Assembly: GCA_007121075.1 (NCBI GenBank)
Contig: SKMK01000042.1
Location: forward strand, 2,098-66,097
DNA: 64,000 nucleotides
Source: Syntrophomonadaceae bacterium
GTDB taxonomy: Bacteria > Bacillota > Dethiobacteria > DTU022
Direction: 5' to 3'
The notes under the pieces are model-generated. The model ran no database searches. It had not been told where the DNA came from and worked only from the letters and a program-made list of their open reading frames with translations. A program made the position numbers and the translations under genes. Shown piece after piece: positions 40,102-50,845 of this stretch; positions within the stretch are counted from its first letter, which is position 1; each line of letters opens with the position of its first letter.

Positions 40102-40420
40102 AATTGCCGTTATTGGAGATAAAGACTCTATACTCGGATTTAAAACTATTGGCGTGGATACATTTCCGGTAACCAGTGCTCAAGCGGCACTTGATACCCT
40201 TAAAAAGCTGGTCTCTGAAAATTATGGGGTTATTTTTATCACCGAAGAATTGGCCCAGGGGATTCCGGATGTAATTAACGAGTTGCATAAGCGTTACTTA
40301 CCGACGGTTGTATTAATCCCAAACAGTAAGGGATCCCTGGGGATTGGAATTGAGCAAATAAGGAAAAATGTCGAAAAAGCAATTGGTGCAGACATTCTTT
40401 TCAGGAAAGAAGGTCGATAA
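40088..40420 (+). CDS. ntpF: V/A-type ATPase subunit F
   Basis: [24 protein letters not shown]... at about 110 aa. It overlaps the subunit C stop by 14 nt. Confidence 0.8.
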   Translation: MPTYKIAVIGDKDSILGFKTIGVDTFPVTSAQAALDTLKKLVSENYGVIFITEELAQGIPDVINELHKRYLPTVVLIPNSKGSLGIGIEQIRKNVEKAIGADILFRKEGR

Positions 40421-40421
40421 T

Positions 40422-42206
40422 TTGGATGCAGGAAGGATTGTAAAAGTATCCGGCCCCCTTGTTGTAGCGGATAAAATGGGTGCAGCCCGGATGTACGATA
40501 TGGTCAGGGTCAGCGAGGCACGCCTGATGGGTGAAATTGTCGAGTTGCGCGGTGACGAGGCCTCTATACAGGTATACGAGGAAACCGGTGGAATCGGTCC
40601 CGGTGAACCCGTATATATTACCGGGGAACCACTTAGTGTTGAACTGGGACCCGGTATGATCGAATCATTTTTTGACGGGGTCCAGCGTCCGCTTGACGGA
40701 ATTAAAGCAAAGGCGGGCGATTATATTACCCGGGGCGTGGAAATTCCCGCTTTAGATCGTGAGCGCAAGTGGGATTTTAAGCCTACAGTCAAGGAAGGAG
40801 ACCAGGTCCAGGCCGGAGACATTATCGGCACGATCCAGGAAACCACTATTGTTGAACACCGGATCATGGTTCCGGCCAATTATCCTGCGGGAACCATTAA
40901 AGACATTAAAAACGGTGAATCGACTGTAACGGATGTTATAGCCAAGCTGGAAACAGATGATGGGGATTATGATATCACCATGCTCCAGCGGTGGCCTGTT
41001 CGTAAGGGCCGGCCCTACAAAGAAAAAATGGGACCTCACATTCCTTTGATCACCGGCCAACGGATCCTGGACACTTTTTTCCCGGTGGCCAAAGGGGGAA
41101 CCGCCTGTATTCCCGGGCCTTTCGGCAGCGGAAAGACGGTTACCCAGCACCAGCTGGCCAAGTGGGCCGATGCGGAAATAGTGGTTTACATCGGCTGCGG
41201 CGAACGCGGCAATGAGATGACCGACGTCCTTTTGGAATTCCCGGAGCTGCAGGACCCCAAATCCGGTGAACCCCTGATGAAACGGACGGTTTTAATTGCC
41301 AATACATCGAACATGCCGGTGGCGGCCCGCGAGGCTTCCATTTATACCGGTATTACCATTGCTGAATACTTCAGGGATATGGGCTACAGCGTCGCCCTGA
41401 TGGCGGACTCCACTTCCCGCTGGGCCGAAGCGCTCCGCGAAATGTCGGGCCGCCTCGAAGAAATGCCCGGGGAAGAGGGTTACCCGGCTTACCTCGGTTC
41501 ACGACTGGCCGACTTTTATGAGCGTTCGGGCCGGACCGTCTGCCTGGGCAATGCAGACAGGGAAGGCGCCCTGACCCTGGTTGGTGCGGTATCTCCACCG
41601 GGCGGTGACCTCTCTGAGCCGGTTTCACAGGGCACTCTGCGTATTGTCAAGGTGTTCTGGGGCCTGGATGCTTCTCTTGCCTACCGGCGCCACTTCCCGG
41701 CCATTAACTGGCTCTTGAGTTATTCGCTGTACCTGGACAATGTTGCACCCTACTTCAGGGAAACCATTGGTGAACAGTGGAATGAAATGCGCAGGGAAGC
41801 AATGCGCCTGCTCCAGGAAGAATCTGAGCTGGAAGAAATCGTGCGGCTGGTAGGCATCGATGCCCTTTCCGCAAAAGAAAGACTGGTCCTTGAAACCTCC
41901 AAATCGCTGCGGGAAGATTTTCTGCACCAGAATGCCATGCACGAAATTGACACCTACAGCTCCCTGGAGAAACAGTTTGCCATGATGGATTTAATTCTTA
42001 GCTACCATCACGAAGCGGGAGCGGTGATAGAAAAAGCCGAAATTGATTTGGACCTGGAACAACTATTTTCGCTACCGGTCCGGGAAAGGATAGCCCGGGC
42101 CCGGTATATGCCGGAAGAGAAAATAAAAGAAATGGAAGATATAAAACGGGAAATCAAAGATCAGGTAGCCCCGTTAGCCGGTGAAGGAGGAGAAGAAGAT
42201 GCTTAA
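40422..42206 (+). CDS. ntpA: V/A-type ATPase catalytic subunit A
   Basis: Walker A GPFGSGKT and an N-terminal beta-barrel ([13 protein letters not shown]). The TTG at 40422 follows aagaagg. Confidence 0.9.
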   Translation: MDAGRIVKVSGPLVVADKMGAARMYDMVRVSEARLMGEIVELRGDEASIQVYEETGGIGPGEPVYITGEPLSVELGPGMIESFFDGVQRPLDGIKAKAGDYITRGVEIPALDRERKWDFKPTVKEGDQVQAGDIIGTIQETTIVEHRIMVPANYPAGTIKDIKNGESTVTDVIAKLETDDGDYDITMLQRWPVRKGRPYKEKMGPHIPLITGQRILDTFFPVAKGGTACIPGPFGSGKTVTQHQLAKWADAEIVVYIGCGERGNEMTDVLLEFPELQDPKSGEPLMKRTVLIANTSNMPVAAREASIYTGITIAEYFRDMGYSVALMADSTSRWAEALREMSGRLEEMPGEEGYPAYLGSRLADFYERSGRTVCLGNADREGALTLVGAVSPPGGDLSEPVSQGTLRIVKVFWGLDASLAYRRHFPAINWLLSYSLYLDNVAPYFRETIGEQWNEMRREAMRLLQEESELEEIVRLVGIDALSAKERLVLETSKSLREDFLHQNAMHEIDTYSSLEKQFAMMDLILSYHHEAGAVIEKAEIDLDLEQLFSLPVRERIARARYMPEEKIKEMEDIKREIKDQVAPLAGEGGEEDA

Positions 42207-43593
42207 AGAATATAAAACTGTTGCCGATGTAGCCGGACCCCTGATGCTGGTGGAGCAGGTGGAAGGTGTGAAATACAACGAGCTAACTGAGATTGAATTG
42301 CCCGGAGGAGATATCCGGCGGGGACAGGTCCTGGAAATAGACCGTGACAGGGCGCTGGTCCAGATTTTTGAGGGTTCCACCGGCCTAAATATTGGGACGG
42401 CGAAAGTCCGTTTCCAGGGCAAGGCTATTGAACTGCCCGTCTCCATGGACTTGCTGGGGCGGGTGTTTAGCGGATTGGGTGCGCCCCGCGATCAGGGCCC
42501 CAAAATTATCCCCGATAAGCGGCTGGATATTAACGGATTCCCGATCAATCCCTACGCCCGTGACTACCCCTCGGAATTTATCCAGACCGGGGTATCGGCC
42601 ATTGATGGCATGAATACGATGGTGCGCGGCCAGAAGCTGCCAATCTTTTCCAGTTCAGGTCTGCCCCACTCCAACCTGGCCGCCCAGATTGCCAGGCAAT
42701 CCAAGGTGCTTGGATCGGAAGCAAAGTTTGCCGTTGTTTTTGCCGCCATGGGTATTACTTTTGAAGAAGCGGATTTCTTTATCAATGATTTTCGCAAGAC
42801 CGGCGCTATTGAACACTCCATCCTTTTTATCAACCTGGCCGACGACCCGGCCATTGAAAGGATCTCTACACCGCGCATTGCCCTGACGGCGGCGGAATAC
42901 CTGGCATATGAACAGGATATGCATGTTTTGGTTATTCTTACCGATATGACCAACTATGCAGAAGCCCTGAGAGAGATATCGGCCGCCCGCAAAGAAGTTC
43001 CGGGGCGCCGCGGTTATCCGGGTTATCTCTATACGGACCTGGCCAGCCTTTATGAAAGAGCTGGTAGGATCCAGGGACGCAAAGGTTCGATTACCCAGCT
43101 TCCCATTCTGACTATGCCGGAAAATGACAAGACCCACCCGATCCCTGACTTGACCGGCTATATTACCGAAGGGCAGATTATTCTGAGCCAGGAACTGCAC
43201 CGTAAAGGTATCTATCCCCCCATCGATGTTTTGCCTTCCCTGTCCAGGCTCAAGGATAAGGGTATTGGCGCCGACCAGACCAGGGAAGACCATGCCGATA
43301 CCATGAATCAGCTTTATGCAGCCTATGCCCGGGGCAAAGAAGCCAAGGAATTGGCTGCCATCCTCGGGGAAGCAGCCCTGTCAGAGGCGGACAAGAAATT
43401 TTCTCGATTTGCCGACGAGTTTGAAAGCCGTTATGTGGCCCAGGGTGAAGAAGAAGATCGCACCGTTATCGAAACACTCGAACTGGGCTGGGAACTGCTG
43501 GCTCTCCTGCCGCGCGTCGAACTGAAGCGTGTCCGTGACGAATACCTTGAGAAATATCTGCCCGCTCAGGAGTCCGACCGGGAGGAGGGTTAG
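42199..43593 (+). CDS. ntpB: V/A-type ATPase subunit B
   Basis: [19 protein letters not shown]... The ATG at 42199 is 9 nt after ggagg and overlaps the A stop. Confidence 0.9.
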   Translation: MLKEYKTVADVAGPLMLVEQVEGVKYNELTEIELPGGDIRRGQVLEIDRDRALVQIFEGSTGLNIGTAKVRFQGKAIELPVSMDLLGRVFSGLGAPRDQGPKIIPDKRLDINGFPINPYARDYPSEFIQTGVSAIDGMNTMVRGQKLPIFSSSGLPHSNLAAQIARQSKVLGSEAKFAVVFAAMGITFEEADFFINDFRKTGAIEHSILFINLADDPAIERISTPRIALTAAEYLAYEQDMHVLVILTDMTNYAEALREISAARKEVPGRRGYPGYLYTDLASLYERAGRIQGRKGSITQLPILTMPENDKTHPIPDLTGYITEGQIILSQELHRKGIYPPIDVLPSLSRLKDKGIGADQTREDHADTMNQLYAAYARGKEAKELAAILGEAALSEADKKFSRFADEFESRYVAQGEEEDRTVIETLELGWELLALLPRVELKRVRDEYLEKYLPAQESDREEG

Positions 43594-43598
43594 GTCAT

Positions 43599-44243
43599 AT
43601 GGAAATACAGGTTAATCCAACCCGCATGGAGTTAAACCGCCTTAAAAGAAGGCTGACCATGGCTCAGCGGGGGCACAAACTGCTTAAAGACAAAAGAGAT
43701 GAACTGATCCGCCAGTTTATGATCCTGGTGCGGAAGAATAAAGATCTCCGTGAGCATATCGAGAAAGAACTCACTGATGCTTTTGCCAAATTCCTGCTGG
43801 CCAGGGCGGTCATGCCTGCTGAGAACCTGGAAGAAGCCCTGATGTATCCAACTAAAGTCCTGCGGCTGGAAATGCACAGGCAGAACATTATGAGTGTTTA
43901 CACGCCCAAGTTTGATTGGGCGGAAGAGGAGGCGGGTGGAGGAGAAGGGTCCAGCATTTACCCTTATGGCTTTGTCGATACTTCGGCGGAACTTGATACT
44001 TCCATTGAAACCCTTTCCAACATTTTGCCCCAGCTGATGGAACTTGCCGAGGTGGAAAAGTCGGTCCAGCTGATGGCAGAAGAAATTGAAAAGACCCGCC
44101 GTCGGGTTAATGCTCTTGAGTATGTTTTGATCCCCAGGCTGGAAGAAACGATCAAGTATATAACCATGAAGCTCGATGAAAGCGAAAGAGGAGCGCTGAC
44201 CCGCCTGATGAAGGTGAAAGATATTGTGCGGGCCAAAACTTAG
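43599..44243 (+). CDS. ntpD: V/A-type ATPase subunit D
   Basis: MEIQVNPTRMELNRLKRRL is typical of the D central stalk subunit. 214 aa. Confidence 0.85.
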   Translation: MEIQVNPTRMELNRLKRRLTMAQRGHKLLKDKRDELIRQFMILVRKNKDLREHIEKELTDAFAKFLLARAVMPAENLEEALMYPTKVLRLEMHRQNIMSVYTPKFDWAEEEAGGGEGSSIYPYGFVDTSAELDTSIETLSNILPQLMELAEVEKSVQLMAEEIEKTRRRVNALEYVLIPRLEETIKYITMKLDESERGALTRLMKVKDIVRAKT

Positions 44244-44388
44244 TCTGCTAATTGTATGATCCAGTTTATATGAAGCTTACTATAAAATTTGTTATTTCGA
44301 ACTATGCAGCAACACCTGGTTTAGACCAGGTTGGGCTTGATATGCCTGACCGGAGAAGAATCAAGACCACACAAAAAGGAACATCTAG

Positions 44389-45687
44389 TTGATGAATGAA
44401 CTGTTAATCCGGGGAGGCGTACCGCTCCACGGAAGTGTAAAAGTAAAAGGATCAAAAAATGCCAGCCTGCCGGTTATAGCTGCTTCACTGCTTACCGATG
44501 GGCCGGTTGTCATAGAAGAAGTGCCGGATTTACTCGACGTGCGCACCATGATTGAAGTAGTTAAATCACTTCATGCCGATGTGAATTATGATTCTTCCCG
44601 GGAAAAGCTTGAGATTAATGCCGGCAGTATAAAGAACCAGGAGCCATCATGCGAACTGGTTCAAAATATGCGTGCTTCTTTCCTGGTTTTGGGCCCCCTA
44701 TTGGCCCGGTTTGGAAAAGCCAGGATCACCCTGCCCGGAGGCTGTGCGATCGGTTCCAGGCCGATCGATCTTCACCTTAAAGGCCTGGCCGGGATGGGGG
44801 TGGAGTTTTCTGTTTCTGGCGGTATGATCGAAGCCAGGACAGATCGATTGAGGGGAGAAAGAATCTACCTGGATTATCCCAGTGTTGGTGCTACTGAAAA
44901 TATAATGATGGCCGCTGCCATGGCAGAAGGCACGACCTATATTGAAAATGCCGCTTCAGAGCCCGAAATTGTTGACCTGGCCAACTTTCTGAACAGTGCC
45001 GGTGCCCGGATCAGCGGAGCCGGCATGAAATCAATTCGTATCAAAGGTACAGGCGGGCTGAACGGGACCAGCCATTCTGTTATTCCCGACCGGATTGAAG
45101 CAGGGACCTTGATCTTAAGCGCGGCTGTTACTGGTGGAGACGTGGTGGTTAATAATGTGTTGACCGATCATATAAGCCCCCTGGTGGCAAAATTAAAAGA
45201 AACCGGTGTTTATATAGAAGAGGTTGATATCTCTGCGGTCCGGATTAAAAAGGGTGGCCGAACCAGAGGGGTGGATTTGAAAACCCTTCCTTACCCTGGC
45301 TTCCCAACTGATCTGCAGCCGCAATTTATGACCTTACTGGCTCTGTCTGAAGGGACCAGCCTGGTTACAGAGACTGTATTTGAAAACAGGTTCATGCATG
45401 TTGACGGCCTCCTCAGGATGGATGCAGATGTTATTGTTGAAGGCAACCGGGCTGTTGTCCAGGGCCGCAATGCCCTACAGGGGGCCACGGTCCAGGCTTC
45501 TGATTTAAGGGCTTCCGCCGCCCTGCTGCTGGCGGGTCTGGCAGCTGAAGGGACAACGATTGTTTCCAATATAGATTACCTGTGGAGGGGGCACAGCGGC
45601 CTGGAAGAAAGGTTGAGCGGCCTGGGGGCACAGATTGAATGGCGGACTTCTTCGGACCAGGAACAGCTTGAAATCTCAGGTGAATAA
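44389..45687 (+). CDS. murA: UDP-N-acetylglucosamine 1-carboxyvinyltransferase (paralog 2, MurA2/MurZ-like)
   Basis: 432 aa with GSVKVKGSKNASLPV and the catalytic Cys in PGGCAIGSRPIDLHLKG. Confidence 0.85.
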   Translation: MMNELLIRGGVPLHGSVKVKGSKNASLPVIAASLLTDGPVVIEEVPDLLDVRTMIEVVKSLHADVNYDSSREKLEINAGSIKNQEPSCELVQNMRASFLVLGPLLARFGKARITLPGGCAIGSRPIDLHLKGLAGMGVEFSVSGGMIEARTDRLRGERIYLDYPSVGATENIMMAAAMAEGTTYIENAASEPEIVDLANFLNSAGARISGAGMKSIRIKGTGGLNGTSHSVIPDRIEAGTLILSAAVTGGDVVVNNVLTDHISPLVAKLKETGVYIEEVDISAVRIKKGGRTRGVDLKTLPYPGFPTDLQPQFMTLLALSEGTSLVTETVFENRFMHVDGLLRMDADVIVEGNRAVVQGRNALQGATVQASDLRASAALLLAGLAAEGTTIVSNIDYLWRGHSGLEERLSGLGAQIEWRTSSDQEQLEISGE

Positions 45688-45721
45688 CTTCCCATAATAG
45701 CTCTTCTCACGGGCATAGATC

Positions 45722-46774
45722 ATGTACAATTATCCCGGCAATATCCATATTCACAGCAATTACTCCGATGGCAGTGGAAGTGTTGAACAGATCGCTGAAT
45801 CTGCCTCGGCTGCTGGCCTTATGTTTGTCGTGATCTCCGATCATGAAACCCTGGCCGGCCTGCCCGAGGAGTCGATCCGACACGGGGTTGTTATCCTGGT
45901 GGGAGTGGAACTTAACCGCCTCCACAGCCATTACCTGGCTCTTGACTTAACCCAATTAATTGAACCTGATGAAGACAATCCCCAGCGGGTCATAGACCGG
46001 GTCAATGAAGCGGGCGGTTTTGGCTTTATCGCGCACCCGTTTGAAAAGGGTTCACCTTATTTGGAAAAAGGCAAAGCCTATCCCTGGAAAACCTGGCCGG
46101 TGTTTCGATTCAATGGCTTGGAACTGTGGAATTATACTTCTCACTGGCGTGGGCGCCATCCGTCAGCCCTTAAAACCCTGTACTGGTTCTTTTTTAACCG
46201 CAAGGCGGCCATGGATAACCCGCCCCGGGAACTGATAGAACTATGGGACTGTTATACCAGCGCCGGCCACCGGGTAACGGCCATCGGAAGCAGCGACGCC
46301 CATGCTTCTATTTATAACCTCGGGTTTATCAAGATCCCGATTTTTACCTATCGTTATATTTTTTCGACATTAAATACCTATATAACCCTGCCCGAAAAAA
46401 TTAGCAATAACTATCAAACGGCCAAAAGACAGGTGGTGGATGCTTTAATAAACGGGCACTGCTACCTTTCTTTTGACAGCCTTGCCCCGGGAGGGGGCTT
46501 TTCGTTTTACGCTGAAGATAGCCGGGATGTTTATTTTATGGGTTCTGCGCTGCAATACCGGCAAGGTATTACCCTACATTTAAATGCTCCCCGGAAAAAT
46601 AATTCCATCCTGCGTCTGCTAAAACATGGCCGGGTGATCAGGACTGCAGAAGAAACCAGCCTGGCTTTCAGCCCGGGCGGGCCGGGAGTATACAGGGTAG
46701 AAGTATATTATAAGACCCGTTTCGGCCGCCCAAGGCCCTGGATTTATTCTAACCCGATTTACATAGTAAATTGA
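45722..46774 (+). CDS. PHP-domain metal-dependent phosphoesterase (CehA/McbA-like)
   Basis: HIHSNYSDGSGS...VISDHE is the PHP His/Asp signature. Confidence 0.65.
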   Translation: MYNYPGNIHIHSNYSDGSGSVEQIAESASAAGLMFVVISDHETLAGLPEESIRHGVVILVGVELNRLHSHYLALDLTQLIEPDEDNPQRVIDRVNEAGGFGFIAHPFEKGSPYLEKGKAYPWKTWPVFRFNGLELWNYTSHWRGRHPSALKTLYWFFFNRKAAMDNPPRELIELWDCYTSAGHRVTAIGSSDAHASIYNLGFIKIPIFTYRYIFSTLNTYITLPEKISNNYQTAKRQVVDALINGHCYLSFDSLAPGGGFSFYAEDSRDVYFMGSALQYRQGITLHLNAPRKNNSILRLLKHGRVIRTAEETSLAFSPGGPGVYRVEVYYKTRFGRPRPWIYSNPIYIVN

Positions 46775-47164
46775 TAAACAACCATTGATATGAACCACAG
46801 CTGTAAGGATTCACTGTTCCGGAAGATTGTTCAATAAGCTCCAGAGATCTAAATTCTTTATTGCAGTAATGCCTTAAATGATATACTATTACAGGCAGAA
46901 AACAAACGGGAAACAAACGGGGTTTGTTCAGAAAACCCTAACACTACAGCGAAAGATGTAAAATTTGATTAATTTATAGTAGCCGAAGCAGTAATTTATA
47001 GCGAAATAATTGCCATAATAGAAGGTTTTCGTTTAAAAATACTGCAGTTTTTACAAAGAGTTAATGAACTTTCGCTGTAGTACTAAATAGTAAAGGTAAG
47101 TTTTGGCCAGCAAAAATTGAAATCGGATTCTGTTTTTTTGCTCTAAGCGCCGGTTTCTATTGTA

Positions 47165-47180
47165 ATCCTGTCAACAGGAT
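47165..47180. promoter_or_regulatory. 16-bp palindrome (ATCCTGT-CA-ACAGGAT) upstream of gap, candidate operator
   Basis: A perfect 7-bp inverted repeat with a 2-bp spacer lies 26 bp upstream of the gap ATG and overlaps the likely core promoter. Confidence 0.3.
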
Positions 47181-47205
47181 AATTAATTCATGAGGAGGTT
47201 GCCTT

Positions 47206-48195
47206 ATGCTAAAGATTGGCATCAATGGTTTTGGCCGTATTGGCAGGCTCACAATGCGCGCCGCCCTCAGCCAGAACCAGGTTAAAGTGGTTGCCATTAA
47301 CGACTTGTCAGACAGTGCGTCTCTGGCCCATCTGCTAAAATACGACTCGGTGTATGGCATACTTAATGCCGAAGTTGAACCCGATGATCAAGGCTTTTTG
47401 ATAAACGGTGAACAAGTTAAAGTTTTTTCGGAAAGAGAGCCGGCGAACATTCCCTGGAAAGAAGCCGGTGTGGATGTAGTCATCGAATCGACCGGCCTTT
47501 TTCGTAAGCGTGACACTGCTTCCGGACATTTCAGCGGTGGAGCGGAACGGGTGATTATCAGCGCTCCGGGTGAAGCCGATCTGGTAGTGGTGCTTGGTGT
47601 AAATGAACACCTTTATGATCCTGAAAACCATTTTCTGATTTCCAACGCATCATGCACGACCAATGCCCTGGCTTTACCTGTTAAGGTCCTTCATGAAAAC
47701 TTTGGTTTAAAACGCGGATTAATGAATACAACCCATGCCTATACCAATGACCAGCAGTTGCTTGACTTTCCGCATTCCGACCTCCGCCGGGCCAGGGCCG
47801 CGGCCCTTTCACTTATTCCAACCACCACCGGCGCTGCCAGGACCGTGGGAGAAGTGATCCCGGAACTAAAAGGTAAAATTGACGGGTTTGCGATCCGGGT
47901 GCCTACTCCAACGGTATCCCTGGTTGATTTCGTGGCTGAACTGGAACAAGAGGCCAGCGTTGATGAAATCAATGAATCTTTTAAAAAAGAGGCATCTACC
48001 TCAGATTACTTTGATTACAGCGATCTGCCCCTGGTATCGGTGGATTACAAGGGCAATCCATATTCGTCAATCATTGACGGTCAATCCACTATGGTGCTGG
48101 GAGGCAACATGGTCCGAGTTCTGGCCTGGTACGACAACGAATGGGCTTACTCTTGCCGGCTGATTGACCTTGCTACAATAATTGCTTCAAATTAG
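47206..48195 (+). CDS. gap: Glyceraldehyde-3-phosphate dehydrogenase
   Basis: The NAD Rossmann motif GINGFGRIGR and the catalytic SNASCTTN. 329 aa. The RBS is gaggagg. Confidence 0.85.
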   Translation: MLKIGINGFGRIGRLTMRAALSQNQVKVVAINDLSDSASLAHLLKYDSVYGILNAEVEPDDQGFLINGEQVKVFSEREPANIPWKEAGVDVVIESTGLFRKRDTASGHFSGGAERVIISAPGEADLVVVLGVNEHLYDPENHFLISNASCTTNALALPVKVLHENFGLKRGLMNTTHAYTNDQQLLDFPHSDLRRARAAALSLIPTTTGAARTVGEVIPELKGKIDGFAIRVPTPTVSLVDFVAELEQEASVDEINESFKKEASTSDYFDYSDLPLVSVDYKGNPYSSIIDGQSTMVLGGNMVRVLAWYDNEWAYSCRLIDLATIIASN

Positions 48196-48210
48196 GAAGG
48201 TATTTCTAAT

Positions 48211-49026
48211 ATGATTGATTTAAGCAAGAGGAGCGGTCTGTCATTATCCTGGGACCCAGACCGGGAGAAGCTCGCCTGCGGAGAAGGGATCTCTACTGAA
48301 GAAGGTACACCCGATGTGCGCAGACGCGCTGACATGCAGGAAATTCTGTATGACGATCAGGCAGAGGAGTTTGACAAGCTGTATTACATATATCGGGGAG
48401 TAGCCCTGAATGAAGACCAGCCGGCGATCAAACAAGCCGGGCTACGCTATGATGTCACAGCTATCCGTCCGGGGAAAATCCGCCGGGAATACATTAAAAC
48501 TGCCGGTCATTACCATCCGGCCAAAGAAGAAACCGGGCTTACCTGGCCGGAAGTCTACGAAGTGCTTCACGGTCGTGCCCATTACCTTATGCAAAGCGCC
48601 GTGCCTGGACACCCCGACCAGCTGGAAGAAATCTATTTGATAGCCGCAAAACCGGGAGATAAAGTATTGATACCGCCTCGTTTCGGCCATATTACCATCA
48701 ATCCGGGAGAAGACTTCTTAATTATGAGCAACTGGGTAGCAGATGGTTTTTCTTCCCTTTATGAACCGATCCGGCAAATGAAGGGTGGCGCCTATTTTGA
48801 GCTGGAAGGAAATGAAGCCCCTGAATTTATCCCTAATACGAATTATACAAAGCTTCCCGCCTTGAAACGCTGTTCGGTTGTACCGGTTGAAGAATTATCC
48901 CTGATCACGGGGCTTCCATTTTACAGCGTATTTAAAGAAAGCAACGATGCCTTTAGATTTTTAACTCATCCTGAAGAATATTCCGGAGTGTTTGAAACAT
49001 ATCTGAAAGAACTGGCTGCCACCTGA
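48211..49026 (+). CDS. Cupin-type glucose-6-phosphate isomerase (cPGI-like)
   Basis: TAGHYHPAKEETGLTWPEVYEVLHGRAHYLMQ fits the cPGI signature TxGHxH-x(6-11)-E-x-Y...G...Q, and a downstream PPRFGHITINPGEDF is present. It is 271 aa, longer than the archaeal enzymes. Confidence 0.55.
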   Translation: MIDLSKRSGLSLSWDPDREKLACGEGISTEEGTPDVRRRADMQEILYDDQAEEFDKLYYIYRGVALNEDQPAIKQAGLRYDVTAIRPGKIRREYIKTAGHYHPAKEETGLTWPEVYEVLHGRAHYLMQSAVPGHPDQLEEIYLIAAKPGDKVLIPPRFGHITINPGEDFLIMSNWVADGFSSLYEPIRQMKGGAYFELEGNEAPEFIPNTNYTKLPALKRCSVVPVEELSLITGLPFYSVFKESNDAFRFLTHPEEYSGVFETYLKELAAT

Positions 49027-49199
49027 CCGGATAGCCGGTTAATTATTTGTTCGGGCTTGCCTTGTTGAGGCCCTGGCCGTATAAGCAGGGTCTTTCCGAT
49101 CAAGCTATAAAAAAGTTCCTGCACGGATTTTATCTTTTTATGACTAATACATTGGTGGATGGTATAATATTTGCTATTAACACCGGAGGTGGTCTCCTG

Positions 49200-50417
49200 T
49201 TGAAAAATACCCGCAGCATCGAAGAAATTAATGAAAAGATTAAAACTGGAAAGGCCGTCGTTTTTACAGCTGAAGAAATTATTAATGTAGTAGAAGAAAA
49301 AGGTATCAAGAATGCGGCAGCTTCTGTAGATGTGGTAACCACGGGCACATTTGGCCCGATGTGCTCATCCGGAGTTTTTTTGAATGTGGGCCATCCCACT
49401 CCCCGCATAAAATTGAACGAGATTTACCTGAACAGCGTTCCCGCTTACGCAGGTATCGCTGCGGTAGACCTATATCTAGGAGCAACAGCCCTACCGCCAA
49501 GCGATCCGGCCAACAGGAACTATCCCGGTGATTTTATCTATGGCGGCGGCCATGTAATTGAAGAACTGGTAGCCGGAAAGGAAATCCGGATGGAAGCAAC
49601 TGCTTACGGGACAGATTGCTATCCGTTGAAAAAGATCGATACCAGCTTCCGCCTGTCGGAAATTAACGAAGCCACCCTCTATAATCCCCGCAATGCTTAC
49701 CAAAATTATAACGTGGCCGTAAACCTTGGATCTAAAACAATATACACTTACATGGGTGTGCTGAAGATGAATATGGGCAATGCCAATTACAGCTCGGCCG
49801 GTCAGCTAAGCCCGCTATTCAATGACCCCCTTTTAAAAACGATTGGTATTGGGACCCGTATTTTTTTAGGGGGAGGGATTGGTTATGTGGCCTGGCACGG
49901 AACCCAACATAACCCCGGTGCTAAAAGAGTCGAAAACGACACACCCTCGTACCCGGGGGCAACCCTGGCCCTGGTCGGCGACCTGAAACAGATGGAACCG
50001 CGCTGGTTGAGAGGGTTGAGTTTCCTTGGTTACGGGGCAACCATGCAGGTCGGTATGGGTGTTCCCATCCCTGTTTTGAATGAAGAAATAATGCACTACT
50101 GTGCCGTCCGGGATGAAGATCTAAAAGCTCCGGTTGTCGACTATTACCGGGGTTATCCCTATAAAGAAGGCAGTGAACTGGCCCTGGTCAGTTATGCCAA
50201 GCTAAAAAGCGGATCTATTAATATCAGGGGCCGGGAAGTGCCCACGGCTTCGCTTTCCAGCTATGCGGGGGCGCGTGAAATTGCCACCACCTTGAAGGAA
50301 TGGATTCAGGGTGGGCGGTTTACGCTGACAGCACCTTCGGCCCCCCTGCCTTCGGCAGATTCGGGTATTAAAATGAATGCTTTGCCCCAAAGAGATCCGG
50401 ATAACCGGGAGGTTTAG
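49200..50417 (+). CDS. DUF39 (COG1900) protein, MA1821-like L-aspartate-semialdehyde sulfurtransferase candidate
   Basis: The TTG at 49200 is 7 nt after GGAGGTGG and gives MKNTRSIEEINEKIKTGKAVVFTAEEI..., a DUF39-like N-terminus. The protein is about 405 aa and is followed immediately by a NIL-ferredoxin gene, which is the hallmark pairing. Confidence 0.6.
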   Translation: MKNTRSIEEINEKIKTGKAVVFTAEEIINVVEEKGIKNAAASVDVVTTGTFGPMCSSGVFLNVGHPTPRIKLNEIYLNSVPAYAGIAAVDLYLGATALPPSDPANRNYPGDFIYGGGHVIEELVAGKEIRMEATAYGTDCYPLKKIDTSFRLSEINEATLYNPRNAYQNYNVAVNLGSKTIYTYMGVLKMNMGNANYSSAGQLSPLFNDPLLKTIGIGTRIFLGGGIGYVAWHGTQHNPGAKRVENDTPSYPGATLALVGDLKQMEPRWLRGLSFLGYGATMQVGMGVPIPVLNEEIMHYCAVRDEDLKAPVVDYYRGYPYKEGSELALVSYAKLKSGSINIRGREVPTASLSSYAGAREIATTLKEWIQGGRFTLTAPSAPLPSADSGIKMNALPQRDPDNREV

Positions 50418-50419
50418 TG

Positions 50420-50845
50420 ATGATCAAACAAAAAATAGTGCTCAGGTATCCGCCGCACGTGGTCGAGCAGCCCACCATTTATCACCTGATTAAGGATTTT
50501 GACCTGATGGTAAATATCCTGAGGGCCGATATCAACCCCAAGAAGGAAGGTCGCCTGATGATGGAACTCAGCGGTAGTGAAAAAAACTACCAGAGGGCAT
50601 TGGAATGGCTACAAGAACTTGGCTTGCAAATCATGGGCCTGGAACAGCAGATTATCTGGAGGGAAGACCGCTGCACCCACTGCGGAGCCTGTACCGTGAT
50701 TTGCCCGACGGAAGCCCTGGCTTTCAACCGGCCAGAGATGACCGTCAGCTTTGATGAATACAAATGTGTGGTTTGTGAGCTCTGCCTTAAAGCCTGCCCG
50801 GCCCGGGCAATGGAAACCCTGGTCGAAAATGCCAATGCCAAATGA
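50420..50845 (+). CDS. NIL-domain / 2x[4Fe-4S] ferredoxin protein (MA1822-like)
   Basis: The N-terminal 75 aa are NIL-like (VVEQPTIYHLIKDFDLMVNILRADI...MMELSGSE...ALEWLQELGLQI). Two ferredoxin motifs follow: CTHCGACTVICP and CVVCELCLKACP. Confidence 0.8.
   Translation: MIKQKIVLRYPPHVVEQPTIYHLIKDFDLMVNILRADINPKKEGRLMMELSGSEKNYQRALEWLQELGLQIMGLEQQIIWREDRCTHCGACTVICPTEALAFNRPEMTVSFDEYKCVVCELCLKACPARAMETLVENANAK

Noticed and set aside
42655-43293. 212-aa minus-strand ORF
   Set aside because: An antisense shadow ORF inside V-ATPase subunit B. Similar antisense ORFs inside prfA (28914-29498), htrA (22722-23291), dnaB (12659-13085) and others were ignored for the same reason.
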